In this document: piece by piece, positions 50,579 to 52,615 of the stretch | Numbering within the stretch: the stretch's first letter is position 1 | Layout of the letters: every line of letters begins with the position of its first letter | NCBI GenBank assembly: GCA_022545895.1 | Contig: JAKEIK010000176.1 | Location: 1-52,615 of the forward strand | Source: Nitrososphaeraceae archaeon | GTDB taxonomy: Archaea; Thermoproteota; Nitrososphaeria; Nitrososphaerales; Nitrososphaeraceae | Reading direction: 5' to 3' | Length of the DNA stretch: 52,615 nucleotides | Made by a program: the position numbers and the translations under genes | The notes under the pieces: generated by a model | Database searches by the model: none | What the model saw: only the letters and a program-made list of their open reading frames with translations | Told to the model about the DNA's origin: nothing

Positions 50579-51488
50579 GTCCTACGATTTCTCCGATGTT
50601 TTTTATTCCCTTTCTTGCAAGATATCTCTTTAATCCACTTGTAATTCTGTTGAAAAAAGTATCGTCACTATTCCCTAGTATGCTTCCAATTTGAACTGCT
50701 GAAGCCCCAGCAATCATATACTCTACTACATCTTCCCAAGATGATACACCACCACATCCTATCACGGGCACATTCAATACTTTTGAAATTTCGTATACGC
50801 ATCTGATTCCTATGGGTTTGATGGCCTTTCCCGATAAACCACCTATAACGTTACTAAGTACAGGTATCATTGATTGGACATCAATCTTCATTGCTCTTAC
50901 GGTATTTATTGCAGTGATCATGTCTGCACCGGATTCAACGGCTACTCTGGAGATTTCAACCACATCCATCGAGCCTATTCCAATTTTCACTGATATAGGC
51001 TTACGTGTGTGCCTTTTAATGGTTCTTATAATCAAACTAACCATCTCAGGATCATCTCCAATTTCCATTCCCATTTTTGATACATGCGGACATGACAAAT
51101 TGATTTCATATCCAATAACATTCAAAGAATCCAAAAATGATATCATTTTTGGAAAATCTTTTTCTGAAGATCCTACCAAGCTAACTACGATAGGTACAAA
51201 CTTATTCCTCATTATTTCGTGAGAAAAAGCAAATACACCGGGATTGGATAAACCTACTGCATTAAGGTAAGTTTTGTTACCTAGGGGAACGATTGTGGGA
51301 TTAGCATATCCTTTCATAGGGTCCACGCTAATAGACTTAGTCACTATTGCACCAATGTTATTATTATATAGCCGTTCAAAAATGTCCTGGGATATTCCTA
51401 ATATCCCTGATGCGAGCATCGTAGGATTCCGAAGCCGCATAGGACCTACATTAACAGAAAGAGTGTCACTCTGTTTTTCCCCTTTCAA
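50562..51488 (-). CDS. pyrD: dihydroorotate dehydrogenase family 1B catalytic subunit
   Basis: LASGILG, VTKS, NAVGL.NPG, EINLSCPH, AINT, GGLSG, GASAVQIG; overlaps pyrK. Confidence 0.96.
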   Translation of the reverse strand: MKGEKQSDTLSVNVGPMRLRNPTMLASGILGISQDIFERLYNNNIGAIVTKSISVDPMKGYANPTIVPLGNKTYLNAVGLSNPGVFAFSHEIMRNKFVPIVVSLVGSSEKDFPKMISFLDSLNVIGYEINLSCPHVSKMGMEIGDDPEMVSLIIRTIKRHTRKPISVKIGIGSMDVVEISRVAVESGADMITAINTVRAMKIDVQSMIPVLSNVIGGLSGKAIKPIGIRCVYEISKVLNVPVIGCGGVSSWEDVVEYMIAGASAVQIGSILGNSDDTFFNRITSGLKRYLARKGIKNIGEIVGLAHRY

Positions 51489-51632
51489 TCATATCCGTTT
51501 AAAGCTCAAGTTAATATATTTTAACCTGCGAACATAGATCGGTATTATGTTCACAATGTTCTGTGCCCCCGTGAACTTTCCCGGGAGGAATAAGACAAAT
51601 ATAAAGAAGGCTAGCGTTGCATTGTATTAGTC

Positions 51633-52445
51633 TTGATAAAATTTTTTGATCCTCATATTCACATGTACTCTAGAACTACTGACGACTATGAAATGATGGC
51701 TAGAGCAGGCATCAAGGTGATAGTCCAACCATCTTTCTGGTTGGGAAGTCCAAGAACTACTACTGGCACATTTGAGGATTATTGGGAACACATGATAACT
51801 TTTGAAACTGAAAGAGCAAGTGGTTTTGGCATTGAACAATTTGTTTGTATCTCTGTAAATCCAAAAGAATCTACGGTTCGGCCGCTTGCCTTCCAAGCAT
51901 TAGAGGCAATGTCGAAATATTTGGACAGGGAAAGGGTGGTTGCGATCGGTGAAATAGGTTACAATTTGATAAATGATGCAGAGGAAGAGTTGTTTGTTCG
52001 TCAGTTGGAGATATCTTCAAAGAAAAAAATGTTAGCCATGATTCATTTACCACACATGAACAAAGCAGAAGGAATAAGGAGAACAGAAAATGTCATAAAG
52101 ACACATAATTTTGGTTCCAGGTACACTGACAATATTCTAGTGGATCATAATACAGAGGAGACAATTGAAAAGACTCTTGATCTAGGATTCTGGGCAGGAT
52201 TAACTGTTTATCCTCACACGAAGCTATCCCCATCACGAGCAATCAAAATCATTCAAAAGCACGGGATAGATAGGATAATGGTAAACAGCGCCGCTGATTG
52301 GGGCATATCAGATCCGTTGAGCGTACCTTTGGTGGCTAAAGAAATGAGAAAAAAGGGATTTAGTGCGGAAAAGATAGAAGCGGTAACTTTCCAAAATGCA
52401 TATGATTTCTTTAGACGATCCCCCAAATTCACATGGCGGCCATGA
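51633..52445 (+). CDS. TatD-family metallohydrolase, EboB-like
   Basis: DPHIHMYSRTTDDY...FWLG.PR, NPKE, AIGEIG, IHLPH..K, VDHN.EET, NSAADWG.SDPL.VP. Confidence 0.88.
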   Translation: MIKFFDPHIHMYSRTTDDYEMMARAGIKVIVQPSFWLGSPRTTTGTFEDYWEHMITFETERASGFGIEQFVCISVNPKESTVRPLAFQALEAMSKYLDRERVVAIGEIGYNLINDAEEELFVRQLEISSKKKMLAMIHLPHMNKAEGIRRTENVIKTHNFGSRYTDNILVDHNTEETIEKTLDLGFWAGLTVYPHTKLSPSRAIKIIQKHGIDRIMVNSAADWGISDPLSVPLVAKEMRKKGFSAEKIEAVTFQNAYDFFRRSPKFTWRP

Positions 52446-52458
52446 GAAAAATTTTGTC

Positions 52459-52615
52459 ATGAAACTAGCATTCAGCACAAATGCGTTTAAAAATTATGCC
52501 CTTGATGAGGCAATATCTATTATCTCCAAATTGGGATATGAGGGAGTAGAAATTCTTTGCGATGTACCCCATGCATACCCCGGAACTATGCCTGAGGAGA
52601 GAATTGTCGACATTA
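52459..52615 (+). CDS. sugar phosphate isomerase/epimerase (xylose isomerase-like TIM barrel), 5' part, runs off the window
   Basis: MKLAFSTNAF...L.EAI..I..LGYEGVEILCD.PH; starts 13 bp after the TatD-like gene. Confidence 0.85.
   Translation, partial: MKLAFSTNAFKNYALDEAISIISKLGYEGVEILCDVPHAYPGTMPEERIVDI

Overview
Chromosomal segment of a low-GC archaeon, inferred to be an ammonia-oxidising thaumarchaeon (Nitrososphaeraceae-like) from its gene set: TiaS, aTrm56, archaeal NAC, MBF1, a TFE-beta/RPC34 orthologue, BHB-intron tRNAs, and expanded winged-helix, DUF6659-like and receiver-only families. The left half (about 1-27 kb) is a sparse accessory region. It holds small regulators, two HtrA proteases, a rhodanese-MBL fusion divergent from MarR-MFS, a membrane-anchored HNH protein, a secreted GH5 hydrolase and several zinc-finger micro-ORFs below the ORF-track cutoff. 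The right half is mostly housekeeping: truD, UbiD, nac, tiaS, trm56, hflX, mbf1, dCMP deaminase and pyrDK. Main observations: three tRNA genes (Gly-TCC, initiator Met, Leu-CAG) that each carry two introns, four of the six at non-canonical sites; a glutamate-racemase homologue with both catalytic Cys replaced by Ser; a solo Cas4-like Fe-S protein lacking the nuclease motif; and the start of an ebo-like operon at the right edge. I saw no CRISPR array, rRNA, transposase or integrase. All family calls come from motif recognition by eye, not database searches.
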